DNA of 64,000 bases from NCBI RefSeq assembly GCF_009914755.1, contig NC_060942.1. The stretch is one strand, 5' to 3'. This document shows, one piece after another, positions 1 to 13,958 of this stretch. The notes under the pieces were generated by a model that was not told where the DNA came from, did no database searches, and was given only the letters and a program-made list of their open reading frames with translations. This stretch comes from the human T2T-CHM13v2.0 reference genome, Homo sapiens. The position numbers were made by a program, and so were the translations under genes. Positions within the stretch are counted from its first letter, which is position 1. Each line of letters begins with the position of its first letter.

Positions 1-19
1 AGCCTTGAGAACTTTAAAC

Positions 20-290
20 TAGGTGAGAGAAGCCACTTATAAAAGACCACATATTCTATAATTCCATTTAGATGAAACGTCCAGAACAGGCAACTCTATA
101 GAGACGGGAAGTAGATTAGCTGTTACCTTGAACTGGGGGTGGGGGTAGGAGTAAGGGGACTGGGGGAGCGACTGCTAGAATTAATTGTGATGGTGATTGT
201 ACAACTCTGAATATGCTAATAACCACAGACTTACATGCTTTAAATGGGTGAATTGTATAGTATGTGAATTATATCTCAATAAATCTGTTA
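20..290 (+). mobile_element. Old L1M (L1MB/MC-like) 3' end fragment
   Basis: Typical L1M 3'UTR motifs: 'ttccatttagatgaaacgtccagaacaggcaactctatagagac...gtagattag' and 'aaatgggtgaattgtatagtatgtgaattatatctcaataaa'. Confidence 0.7.
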
Positions 291-584
291 CTGAAAACAG
301 TTTCCGTTAAGTTAAATAGAAGCAGGTCCCAAAACAGCACCACTAAAAAATTCTCTTGCTAAGTGCACTGCTCCTTCCTATATGACAATGTAAACAGCAA
401 ATACTGTTCCTAGGACGGGGTCTGGTTTTTCACTTGGTCCCCAGTGCCTAGAACAATGCTGCTTATGGAAGGTACACAACAAATATTTGCTGGAAGAGAA
501 CTTGCAAATAACCAGATGGCCAAATTCAGACTTATACCACGCTCACCCTGCCATCTCTTCGCTGCACCCTCTAGCTTTCCAATA

Positions 585-690
585 TTATCATTTTATATAT
601 ATAAAATATACAAATATATATTATTATATATACAAATGTATATTATTATATATAGTATCATTATTATTATTAATACAGCTAGTACTAATA
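585..690. repeat. AT-rich low-complexity tract
   Basis: (TA)n/(TTA)n-rich run. Confidence 0.8.
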
Positions 691-699
691 ACTAACAAA

Positions 700-820
700 C
701 AACATTTTGTTTATATATTTTGTGCCAGGCACTGTACATATATTTGCTTCTAATCCTTATAAAACCCAGCAATGTAAACCCACTGAACCCAGGTCTGTCT
801 GGCTCCCAAAGTTTTAGTCT
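700..820 (-). mobile_element. MIR fragment
   Basis: 'tgtgccaggcactgt...taatcctt' and 'ctgaacccaggtctgtctggctcc' are MIR-like. Confidence 0.5.
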
Positions 821-946
821 ATTATAAACACCCCCTGCTAAAAACACTAAACACAAAGGCAAGGAGAAACATCAACGAACATGCAAAAGAGAACCAGCCA
901 AAGTCACCGACAGAGGAAACCAAAGAAAATCTGGTTTCTATGTTTA

Positions 947-1022
947 TTTTAGTTTTAATTTTTATTTTTTTGAGACAGAGTCTCGCTGTTACCCAGGCTG
1001 GAGTGCAGTGGTGTGATCATGA
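947..1022 (-). mobile_element. Severely 5'-truncated Alu (3' end of right arm only)
   Basis: T-rich tail then 'gagacagagtctcgctgttacccaggctggagtgcagtgg'; TSD tttctatgttta at 935-946 and 1023-1034. Confidence 0.85.
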
Positions 1023-1070
1023 TTTCTATGTTTAAGCTGAAAGAAGTATCAAGAAGCATCACTCAAACAC

Positions 1071-1148
1071 ATCACTCAAAGAACGATGGCTTGTCTTATT
1101 TAAAATTATATCACTCATAGAACTATGGCTTGTCTTATTTAAAATTAC
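1071..1148. repeat. 39-bp tandem duplication
   Basis: atcactcaaagaacgatggcttgtcttatttaaaattat followed by atcactcatagaactatggcttgtcttatttaaaattac. Confidence 0.9.
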
Positions 1149-2149
1149 GATAATTTTATACTAACCATGGATTATATATGCAACAGCTACGGAGGACTTA
1201 CTATGTACATAGTTCACAGGAGCTTATGTTCGAGCCTGTTATAAAAGCTACTGTCTCTTAAAAAAAAAACAAAAATGAGTACTCAGTATATTTGTCTAAG
1301 TAGTGAACAAAAGGTTTAACCGTACAGTAATGGAAACATTCTGGTTTCCCAAAACCTCTTCCTAAAGCTGAAACATTTTTGTGGAAAGTTAAGGAAAAGA
1401 CCCAGAACTCTATGAAGGGCTGCCTAAATGACTACCCACAAAAGTAGCTGGGGAGAAATACAAATTAGAATACATCCAAACTATTCGAAAGCTACTTGGT
1501 GTGTGCTTGGGCTTGAGCCTGCTGCCTAGGTGTTCATTAAGTGTTCATAATATTTCTTATGTCCATAATCCAAGATTCCAGACCCACATCCCAACCAAGA
1601 CTCAGACCCGCCATCTTATCTCATGCATATTAGTTGGTATATATTGATACTACTTGTAATAATTATCCTAGAAAGACACAAAAACCTTCTAATAAAAGGT
1701 TCTATATTCCTCTATCTACTTTGCTATCAGAATTTTGCTCTAAGATTTATAATGAATAGCCCCCATTTTCAAGTTGGAAAAACCAAGTACCCCCTGAAAG
1801 TACTTACTGAAACTGTCCCAAAGATCCATAATAGTAATAGGAAAAAATCTCAGCATGTCCTTCTCCCAACTGTTAGAGATACTCACCTCCTATTTAATGT
1901 GATAGGAGGTGTTCCTTCTACTTACAAAAAATTCGTATATATATTTAATTTTTTCTTAACTAAGTCTGAAAAGGAGAGACAACCTAGGCCATAAGTATGG
2001 AAAAGATGTATAGTTTCCCTCTCTCCTTTTTATGGGCGACTCCAAAGTGAAAGTCCAACCACTTAGGCGGATGAGCTTCAAGAAACTCTTCTCAGGACTG
2101 TGGAATGTGCACTGTGTCTACAGTCATCCATCCCTAAGCATATGTGGTT

Positions 2150-2164
2150 GTCACCCTCTAGTGG
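2150..2164 (-). promoter_or_regulatory. Candidate CTCF motif
   Basis: Minus strand CCACTAGAGGGTGAC matches the CTCF core CCACYAGRKGGCRC with one C>T change; motif match only. Confidence 0.35.
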
Positions 2165-2864
2165 ATGATCTATGATAATAGTTGGCAGCCTCCTGTGGGG
2201 CACAAGCACGATATTATCCAAGACTCACCTATCTTTAAGACGTAAATGACAGATAAGACTGCACCACAACTCTTCAGTCTTGGACACATATTTCCTAGGA
2301 AAATGGGTGCGCACGTGCTGTTTATTCAGTCTGCCATTCCCTGCTTCTTTTGAGTCTGTGTTTGTGTTTCCTACTGGTGTCTGGCATTTTCAAGAACAAT
2401 ACACATTTCCTTGAGGCAGACTTCTCCTACCATTGAGATAGTCCTAGGCAATTGATTCCCAGATATTGTTTGTATCCAGACTGGTCTTGAAAGCTTTCTC
2501 TATCTGCAGGTCTACTGGGTGTACCCAACTATTTAGCTGGTAACCAGGCACTTGCCAGTAGAATGCCAGTTCTGTGTTGAACAATTTGATCTACCTAGGA
2601 AAGTTGTGGACAATAAATATTGTTTCCATGTTTGCCGCTGTGTAAGGAGCCTAAACATAGATTCTTAGAGACTCTGATAGAATTTTTAGAGGTGGAAATG
2701 ATAGGGTTTGCATTACCTTAAATTTTCAAGACTCAACACCAAGCATTAGATTGGAAAATAGAACTTTTTACAAAAGCCCTCTAAAATGAAGTCTGGCTTT
2801 GAATTCATTAGTATTACTAGATTCAAAATATAATCACATGATTTTCTTCTCTCCATTTTATTAG

Positions 2865-3045
2865 GTAACTGAAGATTTACATCTGTAAATCTGGATGGGA
2901 ACTGAATTCCTACATCATAGACAGTTTCAAGGAGGGAAGGATTATGTGTTCAGGAAATACTCTGCATTCTCAAAACTCTACATTGTTGGTGCTTAGATTT
3001 GCTCTGTGAGAACCTACTGAAATAAACCATTTCTCTGGAAGACAA
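2865..3045 (+). other. Possible terminal exon of an unidentified transcript
   Basis: Polypyrimidine tract 'ttttcttctctccattttattag' ending at 2864; AATAAA at 3021-3026; unique sequence between. Confidence 0.3.
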
Positions 3046-3169
3046 GTACAGTTTCCCGAAGATCTGTTTATTTGCCAGCAGAGGAGTTGAATATTTGAAG
3101 CCAAGCCACCTTGGTTCTAAATCTGTGGTTAAATGGAAATCAGAGCACTGAGATATGCGGTGCCCCTCC

Positions 3170-3290
3170 CCACTCTTACTCATTTGAAAGATGAAGAAAC
3201 TGAGGCTTGGCAAGGTTGAGTGGAGTTCACATAGCTAGCTAACCACAGAGCTGGCACCAAACAGGAGCCCAGCTCTCCAACTCCTAGGCC
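3170..3290 (-). mobile_element. MIR
   Basis: MIR core 'catttgaaagatgaagaaactgaggcttggcaaggttgag...cacatagctag'. Confidence 0.7.
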
Positions 3291-3399
3291 CTTGCCTCTC
3301 AGGTGGAATTTTCTTAGTGATTAGGAGAAAATCAGTTCCCTAGCCCTGTTCACAAGAGTTTATATTCTGTTTGGTTAAAAAGCATTTTTCTTGTTGTAA

Positions 3400-3728
<329 letters not shown>

Positions 3729-4071
3729 CATTTTAAGTGTTTTAAGTGTACAATTTTGTGGCATTAAGTACATTCACATAATTGAGCAACTATCCCCAGC
3801 ATCTATTTCCAGAACTTTAAAAAATCTTCCCAAACAAACTCTGTCTCCACTATCTAATAATTTCTCATTCTCCCCTACCCTCAGCCCCTGGCAACTACTA
3901 TTCTACTTTTTGCCTTTACGAATTTGACCACTGTAGGTGCCTCATATAAGTGGAATCAAACACTATTTGCCCCTTTGTTACTGGCATGTTTCACTTAGCA
4001 TATTTTCAAGGTTAATCCATGTTGCAGCATGTCAGAATTTCCTTCATTTTAAACGCTAAATAATATTCCTG

Positions 4072-4079
<8 letters not shown>

Positions 4080-4116
<37 letters not shown>
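4080..4116. repeat. (TG)n microsatellite
   Basis: About 18 TG units. Confidence 0.95.
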
Positions 4117-4118
<2 letters not shown>

Positions 4119-4494
4119 TACACTTTGTTTTGTTTGTCCATTCATCCGTCAATAGATACTTGGGAAAAATATTTTTTAAATGCACAATAAAAATAAATAT
4201 AAATATGTAAGAAGTAAAAGCATCTCTGCAAGAGGCTTGAGGCTATATTTGTTTAAAAAAGACTGCTGGGAATTGCTGGAGTAATTAAAGAGTAATTTAA
4301 TAATTTTACACAGAACTATTTTAAATTGAAACTGTGAGCTTTGGTTTACTTACCTTTATATTCTCTACCACCTCCCATGGCATCCTAGCATCAGCACAGG
4401 GTCACATGTGGTAGGTACTCAATAAATATATGCTAAATTTCCAAGTCATGCATAGGAAAAATCAAAGGCAATCTATATTATCATTGTTTTTCCT

Positions 4495-4840
4495 TTTTTG
4501 TTAATTTTATTTACTACACAGTGAACTGATTACTACAGTCAAGCTAATTAACATATCCATCTCTTCACTTAGTTACTGCGTATATACGTGTGGTCCGGGG
4601 GAGGGAGGGAGAGAACATTTGAAGATCTACTCCCTTTGCCAATTGCAAGTATGCAATACAGTATTATCAACCACAGTCACCAGGCTGTACATTAAATCTC
4701 TGGCAGTATTCATCCTGCATAACTGAAACTTTGTGTCCTTTGGGCAACGTTTCTTCAGTTCCCCTCCACTTCTGCTCCCAGTAACTACCTTTCTGCTCTG
4801 CTTCCATGAATTCGACTTTTCTAGATTCCACATAGCAAGT
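4495..4840 (-). mobile_element. L1MA 3' fragment
   Basis: 'acagtcaagctaattaacatatccatc...aagatctactc...caatacagtattatcaaccacagtcacca...ttctagattccacat'. Confidence 0.75.
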
Positions 4841-6774
4841 TCATGTCATGATTTTTCTTAATCATTCCAGAGGAAGATGATCTGCTTCTGTGATTATTCC
4901 AGAGGAAGATGCAAAAGTTCCTGGCAAAAATCTTATATATAGAAAGAACGTTCTCCTGGAAGAACAACGTATTAGCCAAGGTTCTTAATTTCAAATAATG
5001 GAACTAATTCTAATTCAAAAGACCAAGCCCAAAAAGAGTTGACTGAAAAAATATTGCATCTCTCATGGAATTGCTAAATGTCTGGAGAACCAGGCTTGAG
5101 GATTCCAGAAACAATGTCCAAAACCATGTCCAAAACTGATCCGAGGAGGAAAACACCAAAGGTTATGCCAATGCCAAGCAGTGGGGGCTCCTCTTTGCTC
5201 AGCTGCCAGGACATAACTGCACCAAACAACCATCCTGCCACTTCTACCCAGGAGCCCAACTTTCCAACCCTGGTGTCCTGGATGCCTAGAATACCACCTC
5301 AACAACCAAACTGATTCCATAGAGCCCCTCCCTCAAACAGTAACACAAGTCACATTTAAGTATAGTGATTGGTGGGGTGTGGGTCACATGCCTGTGTCCA
5401 GCTACAAGGTGGCTGGGAAGAAAGTTCCCTATTTTCTCACTAAGAGATGTGGGGCACGTAAGGAAGATGATTTCTTGCATATAAAAAGGGTGTTCAAAAA
5501 GTACTGGGCAGCCACTACTGAAGGTAAAAGGACTATGTTTTCCCTAAGAATTATCAGGCAGAAGAACAGATAAAATCCTAGCTGGAATAATTCGAATAGT
5601 GATTATTTTTAAACACTATTAACACCTAAGTGGCAAAAGCAGAATAATATGGCAAGTGTTCCAGTTCAGCCCACATTGCCACTGTAAACTTACAAAGCAT
5701 CACTGGAGAGCTTCTCCCTCTAGAAACGGATTTAGACTTGATAAGGAAAACCAGAGCTCAATTAGCAATAATTGATAGCAGCTGAAATGTTCAAGGAAAG
5801 CTCTGTACCTTGTACTTAGATGTTTGAATTACTGTTTTTGCACCAATTCTTGTGCTTTTCTTCTACATTTTGATAGTGAAAGTTAAATACTATATATTGC
5901 AATTTTAAAGTATATATATATTGGCAAAGCAAAAGATATAGGTCATGTGTTAGAACCTTTATTTTCTGTTTTCACATTTTATTAATGGACATGTATATAC
6001 TCAGCTTAACATCACCAGGCAAAACAGATCTATTCCTGGAAAGAAATCTCTACAGGGCTAGAGTTGCTGGCTCTGGCTTATTGGAGATGGCCAGCATGAA
6101 GGCAGTCACATGCGTCATCTTAGAACAAAGCCTGGAATCAGATATCAGAGTCAGAAGAACCTAGCTTCATCTGAAAATGGTTTTTCTCCCAGAAAGACCT
6201 CAGATGGGCCAGTTTCTCAGTTTCACAGGTTGTCATGATAACAAAGAAAAGAAAAGGAAAATAACCAAATTTTATGAAAACCCATTTCAGAGGACTATCA
6301 GGAAATTCCGTTTGTGATAGTTAAAAGTCAACAGCTTATCCCAGATCAAGCAAGTCTGCCTGTTGAGAGATGTGTGCAATTAACTAACATTTTTCCCCTT
6401 GTAGTAGACTTGATTTCTTCAACTACATATGATCTATGTTTTAAAAAGAGGATTCATTAAAAACACTAAAGTTGATGGAGAAAAAAATTTGGTCTATATA
6501 GCAAACATTCCTTGTATAATGTTTCACAAAATTAACAGGTTTGGTTCATTAAAAAACGCTATTTGACACAACTTTTCTTCATTTAAGTGGCTAAAAGCAC
6601 TATATACATTTTTCTTAAGATCCATAGATCTAATTTATTAGCTCTATAATCTAATAAATGCACTGTGAAGAAAGAAAAGAATGGTAAGTTTTATTGGCTC
6701 AATGTAGAAAATAAAAATCATAGGCTGGAATAGAATAATGTTGAGCCTGAAGTTAATCTTCCAGACAATCTAAT

Positions 6775-6993
6775 CTAGGCTTGACAAATACATGGAGTCA
6801 GGATAGGCACTTTCCTAGTTACTGTTTAAGGCAGACATAACTAATCAATCTCCAGACATAACTAATCAATCTCAGCAATTTCTAATTGAACCCAGACATA
6901 TACAGTCTCATAATTCTTCTTAAAACAGAGCTCTGGGTAGCCTCTACCATTCACTGAAGTTGGTGCATGTAAAGAAACTATTTGCTATAGCTG
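6775..6993. mobile_element. hAT-type MER MITE (subfamily uncertain) with an internal 20-bp tandem duplication
   Basis: Degenerate TIRs 'taggcttgacaaata' and 'tatttgctatagctg'; cagacataactaatcaatct repeated at 6832-6872. Confidence 0.5.
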
Positions 6994-7839
6994 GTATTCT
7001 CACTCCTTTAATATATATGCATGTGGAGGATGAAAAGCATGCAGTGACCTACTTGATCATTGTCACCCAGCTAGTAAATGAAAGCATTAGCGTTATAACC
7101 CTGATTATCTTTGCATGACCCCAGTCAAACTCGTAAAGTTATGGCATGTGTGACATTCAGCTGATTGCAATTGAGTACCTGCAATTCCAAGTTTAGCAAT
7201 TATGATGCTCCTGGAAAGAGTTTCTATTACCAACTTTATAATTTCCATTGAGAAAGAAGTGAAATAAGGAAAACATTCTTATGGCTTATGGTTATGTATG
7301 AGTTCCTTTATTGTTCATAAAGGAGATTATCTTTATTCATAATTTAAAGGAGAATGTTAAAACATTTACTGCATACAAAATTATTATTAGGCTATGGCTG
7401 CTATTTAAATGTAATGCCCTTAGAAACAGGGAATAAAATATAAAGAGATTGAGGCAAAAGAGCTCTTTTGCATTAAATCTTGTTTGTTACAACAAAAATT
7501 CACAATATACCACAAGTGCAGTTTATAACTATTTACCTTCATATTAAAGTGATGATGACAGTAAGAGTCTTTGGATTTAATAATGTCTTACTCCACCTAT
7601 TAAGACAGTGTAATTATCTAGTTTTAAGTTTGATATAATATCCATAGATATTATAGCGATGGATATATATCCATCACTCTGTTCAACTCATGAGTAAAAG
7701 CAAAACACAGAAATTAGGTGCCTGCTAGTAAAAGTCTCCAAAAGAAAAAAAGTAGAAACCACTCTTGGTTGATAGTCATTTATTCACCTTATGTCAATGA
7801 AGACTTCTACTAACACATGATGTTTCTAGACTTTCTTCT

Positions 7840-10240
7840 TTCAAATATAGCTTTAAAACAATTTTTGTCACTATAATTCACACACATTATTTAAAAATCA
7901 GATTGTGCTAAGAAGCTTTTAATAAAAAACAGCAGCTACTCCATTCTCCCTCCCCTTTACACACACTCGCGTGCACACACACACAGAGACACTGTTTCTC
8001 TCTCTCTCTAAAACCCTGAAGGCAACCACTTTCAACTTTTTTAGCTGTTTATTTTGATATTTACTTCTGTATTTCTAATGAACATACTTATATTACTTGA
8101 TTTATCTATTTGGACATTATCTGTTATGGTGAACAACATTTCAGTTCTTCTACATACCCCTTTTCCTTTCCTTTCTACTACCTCAATTTTTTGTTCACTC
8201 CCTAATCAACGTTCATTATTATGACTATGAACATGTTGTTTCCTATATTGCTGGGCTTTCCAGCAAAGTCGTGTTTTATGATTTAATTTTTCTTGCAAAG
8301 CTTTTTGTTTTTCTTGGAGTTAATAGTTGTCTCGTATTCTCATTCACTTAGGGGTCTGTTTTTTTTTTCACCCCTGCCAAATCTTTTCACACACCCCAAC
8401 AGTTTTGTAAAGGGCCTCTCAATACAATTTTCCAGAGTCAAATCTAGAAATTGTTCTGTCAGTTTCATTTTGTTTTTCTGGAGTCATCCCTTATCCACCT
8501 GCTTCAGTTTGCCTAGCTGCTCTGTAGGTCTCCTGCACAGCTATTGTCCTGGTATTTCCCCTGGCACCTCCGCGGTATTAGATCCCTTCTTTCCAGGATT
8601 CCACATCTTCTCTTTTCTTGGCATACTCTCTTCTCTTTTCTTTGCATACTCCCTTATATTCCCTTGGTGTCGCATCCTTTGAGAGCTTCCTGAGAAAAAA
8701 AATGCATGGGACATAACTTTTTCTGAGACTTTCCATATCTGAAAATATCTTTATTCAACCCTCAAAGTTGATTGATAGTTTCACTGGGTATCAAATTTAA
8801 GTTAAAATATTATTTTTATTGAGAACATGAAGTCATTGCTCATTGTCTTCCAGCTTTCAGTGGTGCAAATGGAAAGGTCACTGCCCTTATTCCTGATGTT
8901 TTGCAGATGATGCTTTACTCTATCTTTGGAAATGTTTAGAATATTATTTTATTCCCTGTATTCCAAGTTTCAAAATGATGTGCCATAGCATGAGTCTTCT
9001 CTTAATTCACTGGTTTGACACTTGGAAGGCTCCGGTTGCTTAGTTATTAAAAAAATGTATATAGAGATAATTTGCACCTGTTTTGTTTCTTTCCATAATG
9101 CTCATTAGTATGGTATTGAATTGATTCTTTAATTTTCTCATCTTTTCCCTTTTGTTTTTCATCTCTGTGTTTTTATTCTACTTTCTGGAAGAGTTCCTTC
9201 ACTTTGTCTCTGACCTTTTAACGGAATATTTTATTTCTGCTATCATATTTTTAATTGACTACAACTCTTGTTCTTTTTATATCTCCCTCATCTGTTTCAT
9301 GGATACCATGTCTCTGAGAGTATTATAGTTTGCTTTTAAGAAGTTTTCTTCTCCTCTTGCAATGTCTGTCTCCTTCAAGCTCCTTTGCTTTCCTGTGTAT
9401 TTTGGACACTGTCTTTCCTGGTGCAGGCTTCCCTCAATGCCATTTGTTGCTAGCTGTCTAATTCTATTTAAGAATGAGGCACTGAACACCTGACTGAGAC
9501 CTCTGTGGGAAGCAGTGCCTCGCTGTGGAATGACTGGGCATCACTGCATTGTGGTCAGGTACTCCCATGCAACTGTACCTTCACATCCCTCCTGCAGGTG
9601 GTTCAAGGTACCCGAAGAAGGCTATTCCAAGGTCTTAGCTGTGGGTGAAGGCCTGGCCACGTTCTGAGATGGTGGGAAAGAGGACTGGGGTGGTGTACTC
9701 TTCGTTCCTAGCTTTCCTTTCCCTCAGCCCATCTCTACCTGCTTTGTGCCAATTGGCCACAAATTCAGAGCTTTCTGATTCAATCTCTTCAGGGCCTAAA
9801 CTCCTGTCTCCTGTTGAGGGTGGGGTGGGTGCATTCAGCTGACTGCATCAATTGATGGAAACAATTCTGGGGTCTATAGTTCTATATGAACTTTTAAGGG
9901 ACCTCCCATTTTTAGCATCCATCCCTGAACTTTTGCTAGAACCTGGTGCCCTATTCCCCAGACCTTCCCTAGGTTCTGTGGAGTGAATTGCCTCATCTAC
10001 TAAGTGTAGCCCTCTGCAGACAGTTTGTGCTCCTGTCTCTCTCTCTTCTTTGTTCTATGGCTCAGGACTACAGAGGTTCTGGGTACCATTAGAAATGGAG
10101 TGTATGCATGTTTCTTGCTGTGGTTGCTGTTGGTCGATAACTTTTGCATAAAGAATGAAAAAGTTGTTATTTGGCCATCTTGAAAGAGGAAGTCTTGAAC
10201 ACTTGTTGGTGTTGGCTAGAGGGATATTCAGTGGCAAGTT
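7840..10240 (-). mobile_element. Old L1M (L1MC/ME) fragments
   Basis: T-rich strand; 'ggcaaccactttcaactttttagctg', 'ctgaaaatatctttatt...ttgattgatagtttcactgggtatcaaatt'. Confidence 0.6.
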
Positions 10241-10251
10241 GCTGAGCATCC

Positions 10252-10700
10252 TGAATCAGTTTGCTGGGACTGCCTCAACAAAGTACCACACAACTGTGTG
10301 TTCCAAACAGAAATGTAATGGCTCATGGTTCTGGAGGACAGAAGTCTGAAACCAAGATATCCTCAGGTTACTTTCTTCTGAGAGCAGTGAGGGAGGATCT
10401 GTTCTCTCCTGGCTTCTAGTGGTTTGCTGGCAGTCTTTGGTGTTTCTTGGCTTCTGCTGCATCACTCTGATCTCTGCCTTCATCTTCACACAGCCTTCTC
10501 CCTGTGGGCATGTCTAAGTTTCCCTTTTTAATAAGGACACCAGTCATATTGGATTAGGGGTCCAACATACTTCAGTATTACCTCATCTTGACTGATTACA
10601 TCTGCAACAACCCTATTTCCAAATCAGTTCACGTTCTGAGGTCCTGGCCATTAGGACTTCAACATATGAATTTTTGGATGACAGAATCCAGCGTGTAACA
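10252..10700 (-). mobile_element. MaLR solo LTR (MLT1B/C-like)
   Basis: tg...ca ends; 'aacaaagtaccacac...ttctggaggacagaagtctgaa...ttaggacttcaacatatgaatttt'; 5-bp TSD catcc/tatcc. Confidence 0.85.
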
Positions 10701-12783
10701 TATCCCATATATGACATCTTCTGATTAGGGCGACCCAGAATCCCACTCTGTTCAAAACAGCTTGGGTTTACACATCAATCCTGCTTAATTATTCTTAGCG
10801 ATTTCCAGTCTCAATAATGTCCAAGTTTAAACAATAAATTATGGAGTCACACTACATATGATCCTTTCCACTTTCATGAAATTATCAAAATAAAGAATTT
10901 TACTGATATTCCCAGTAGACTGTAGACATAAATCTGGGAAATAGTATTTTTATGTTTTCCTGTTTTTATTTTATGGAGAAGTATATGTATGTAGATGTAC
11001 ATATACATGATTTTTATAAAATCTTATGAAAAAATACAACTATATTTTTATATGTATGTATGTATGTATGTATGTGTAACAAGCCATACATATGGTTTTA
11101 AAACACACCAAACTTATTGTGATAGAATAGTGTGGTATATAAGCAGAACTTTCAGTCTTTAAAAAAATTTTTTTATTAATAAAATGAAAGAAACAAGAAA
11201 CAAAACAGAGTTTTATATGGTCAACAATAAATAAACTTCCATCAGTTTAAGAAAATTAGAAACTCAGACCCCCCAGGGTTCACAAAGGTTCTGAATTTAG
11301 CCAAATCAACAGCTTCAAACCCATATTTGTTATGAGATTGGGGACAGCTCAGTTCTTTCCATGGCAACCAACTGTGCTGTCATAAACACTACAGGATGGT
11401 CTCTAAATGATCCAACAGTTGCTAGACTATGAGGGAGATAAGATCTTATTAAAAATACAAAAGTTGGAGCTTACATACAGGAATATGGAGATGTATTGAC
11501 AAGGGGATTTGCATTACATGTAAACAGTACTTTCTCATTTGGCCTAATAAAGGAAAGGCCCCGTTTGATGAAAACTAATGTGGGTTAATGCTTATCTTCC
11601 TTAAATAGCTGTTACACAAATTACCTACCAACAGAAAAGGTCATAAGGAGAGGGAAAAGCGAATATAGGCAGCCTTCACTGAAATGTGTTTTGTGACTTT
11701 GTCCAAAATTATCACCCCACTACTAAAGCCATTGCTTGGTAAGAACTATTTTTCTCTCAAAAAGACAAAACTTATATTCTTTTCTAAATATAAAATGCAT
11801 TCTCATTTTATAAACTTTAGAAATACATAAAACATTGAAAATCAAAATCAACTGTAATTCCACCACCTTAAGAATTTTTAGACTGGAATCATGCTGAACA
11901 TAGAATTTTATATATTCTTTTTTCATATAGCATTACATCATGAGCTTTATCACATGTCATTTAAAAATCCTTCACAAGCATGACATTTAATAAATGCCTA
12001 ATAGTCTCTCATATGGACAAACCATAGTTTATTTAACCATTTCCACATTGTGGTGGATGTTTTTAATGAACCTAATTTTTCAACATTATTAGTATTGTAG
12101 TAAAGAGCATCTTACAAATAAACCTTTATTTATGTTTCTTATTGTTTTATTAAAATACATTGCTAGAAATGGAATTATTAGGGAAAAGGTTCTGAAACAC
12201 TTTTAAGATTCTCCCACTTTAAACAGCTTTTTCAGAATTTTTCTCTATTCTTACTTGCTTACAACCTCAGATGCACTTCATTTAAAATTTTATTCTAGAA
12301 AACAATTCTTTAGAATTTTCATTGGGATTACATTAAAATCATAAATTTAAATGGAAAGAATTGACATTTTTATGATTTTTAGGAACTTGATATATATATC
12401 CATTTGTCCAAGTATTCTTTTATATCTCTCAATAAACTTTTATAGTTTTTTCATATTGTTCCTGCATATTCATTGTATTTTAAAATTTTTGTTGCTATAT
12501 ACAATCATCCTGTCATTGTATTGTTTAATCAGAGATTGCTGGAATATAAGAAAAATGGTTACTAATTTTAGAGATCTTTATCTTCTAATCAGCCAATTTG
12601 TTAAACTATCCTATTACTTACAACAAGCTTATAGCTGGTGGGGAGGTTTGAGTGCGTGTGTGTAAGGAGGGTATATCATCATACCAGCTAAAAATATTGT
12701 ATTTCGCCTTTTTCTTTCCAGTGATAAAACCTCCTTTCTTAGGGTTCTTGTCTCTTCTATTGCCCACAGCTTTCAAAAAGTTA

Positions 12784-13100
<317 letters not shown>

Positions 13101-13664
13101 AAAGTTACCTTGTAAAGGTCATAGATGGCATTTTTGACTTGTTCTCAAGAGGAATAAGAATAACCTCTTACATATTACACCAATAAACATAATGTTGGTT
13201 ACTAAGTTTAATATTGGAATAGACATATATAAATACCTATGTCTCAGGGGGTTGCATAGATAACAGGAATAAATGAAGCAGGCCAGCTATAAGATAATAG
13301 AGCTTGGTGGAGACTGACAAACTGGACAGTGCTCCTTCTAATGTGAGCTGCACAGCAGATACTCAGCTTAAGCCTATTATATCATATGAAATGTTAGCTT
13401 ACTGTTAACATCCTAACCCTCATCTTTTTTTTTTTTTTGCATGTAAGAGACAATATCTGATTTTATATGAAATCTCCCAATTATAAAATGTCTATAACAA
13501 ATCATTTTCCCAATACTGTACAGGCCAAAACAAAAAAATTTAAAACAGTGGTTCTTATTCAGTTCATTTGCAAACACAGGTTTTGAATAAATATTCCTAA
13601 CCGTGAGGAAGAATCAGTTTAATCCAAGTCTCTGAAGAGTTTTGCTTTTTTAGAAGTACATGTT

Positions 13665-13958
13665 GGCTGGGTGCGGTGGCTCACGCCTGTAATCCCAGCA
13701 CTTTGGGAGGCCGAGGCAGGTGGATCACGAGGTCAGGAGATCGAGACCATCCTGGCTAACACGGTGAAACCCCGTCTCTACTAAAAATACAAAAAATTAG
13801 CCAGGCGTGGTGGTGGGAGCCTGTAGTCCCTGTTACTCAGGAGGCTGAGGCCGGAGAATGGCGTAAACCCGGGAGGCGGAACTTGCAGTGAGCCGAGATC
13901 GCGCCACTGCACTCCAGCCTGGGCGACAGAGCAAGACTCTGTCTCAAAAGAAAAAAAA
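13665..13958 (+). mobile_element. AluY
   Basis: Diagnostic 'gagatcgagaccatcctggctaacacggtg' and 'gagaatggcgt'; TSD agaagtacatgtt. Confidence 0.95.
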
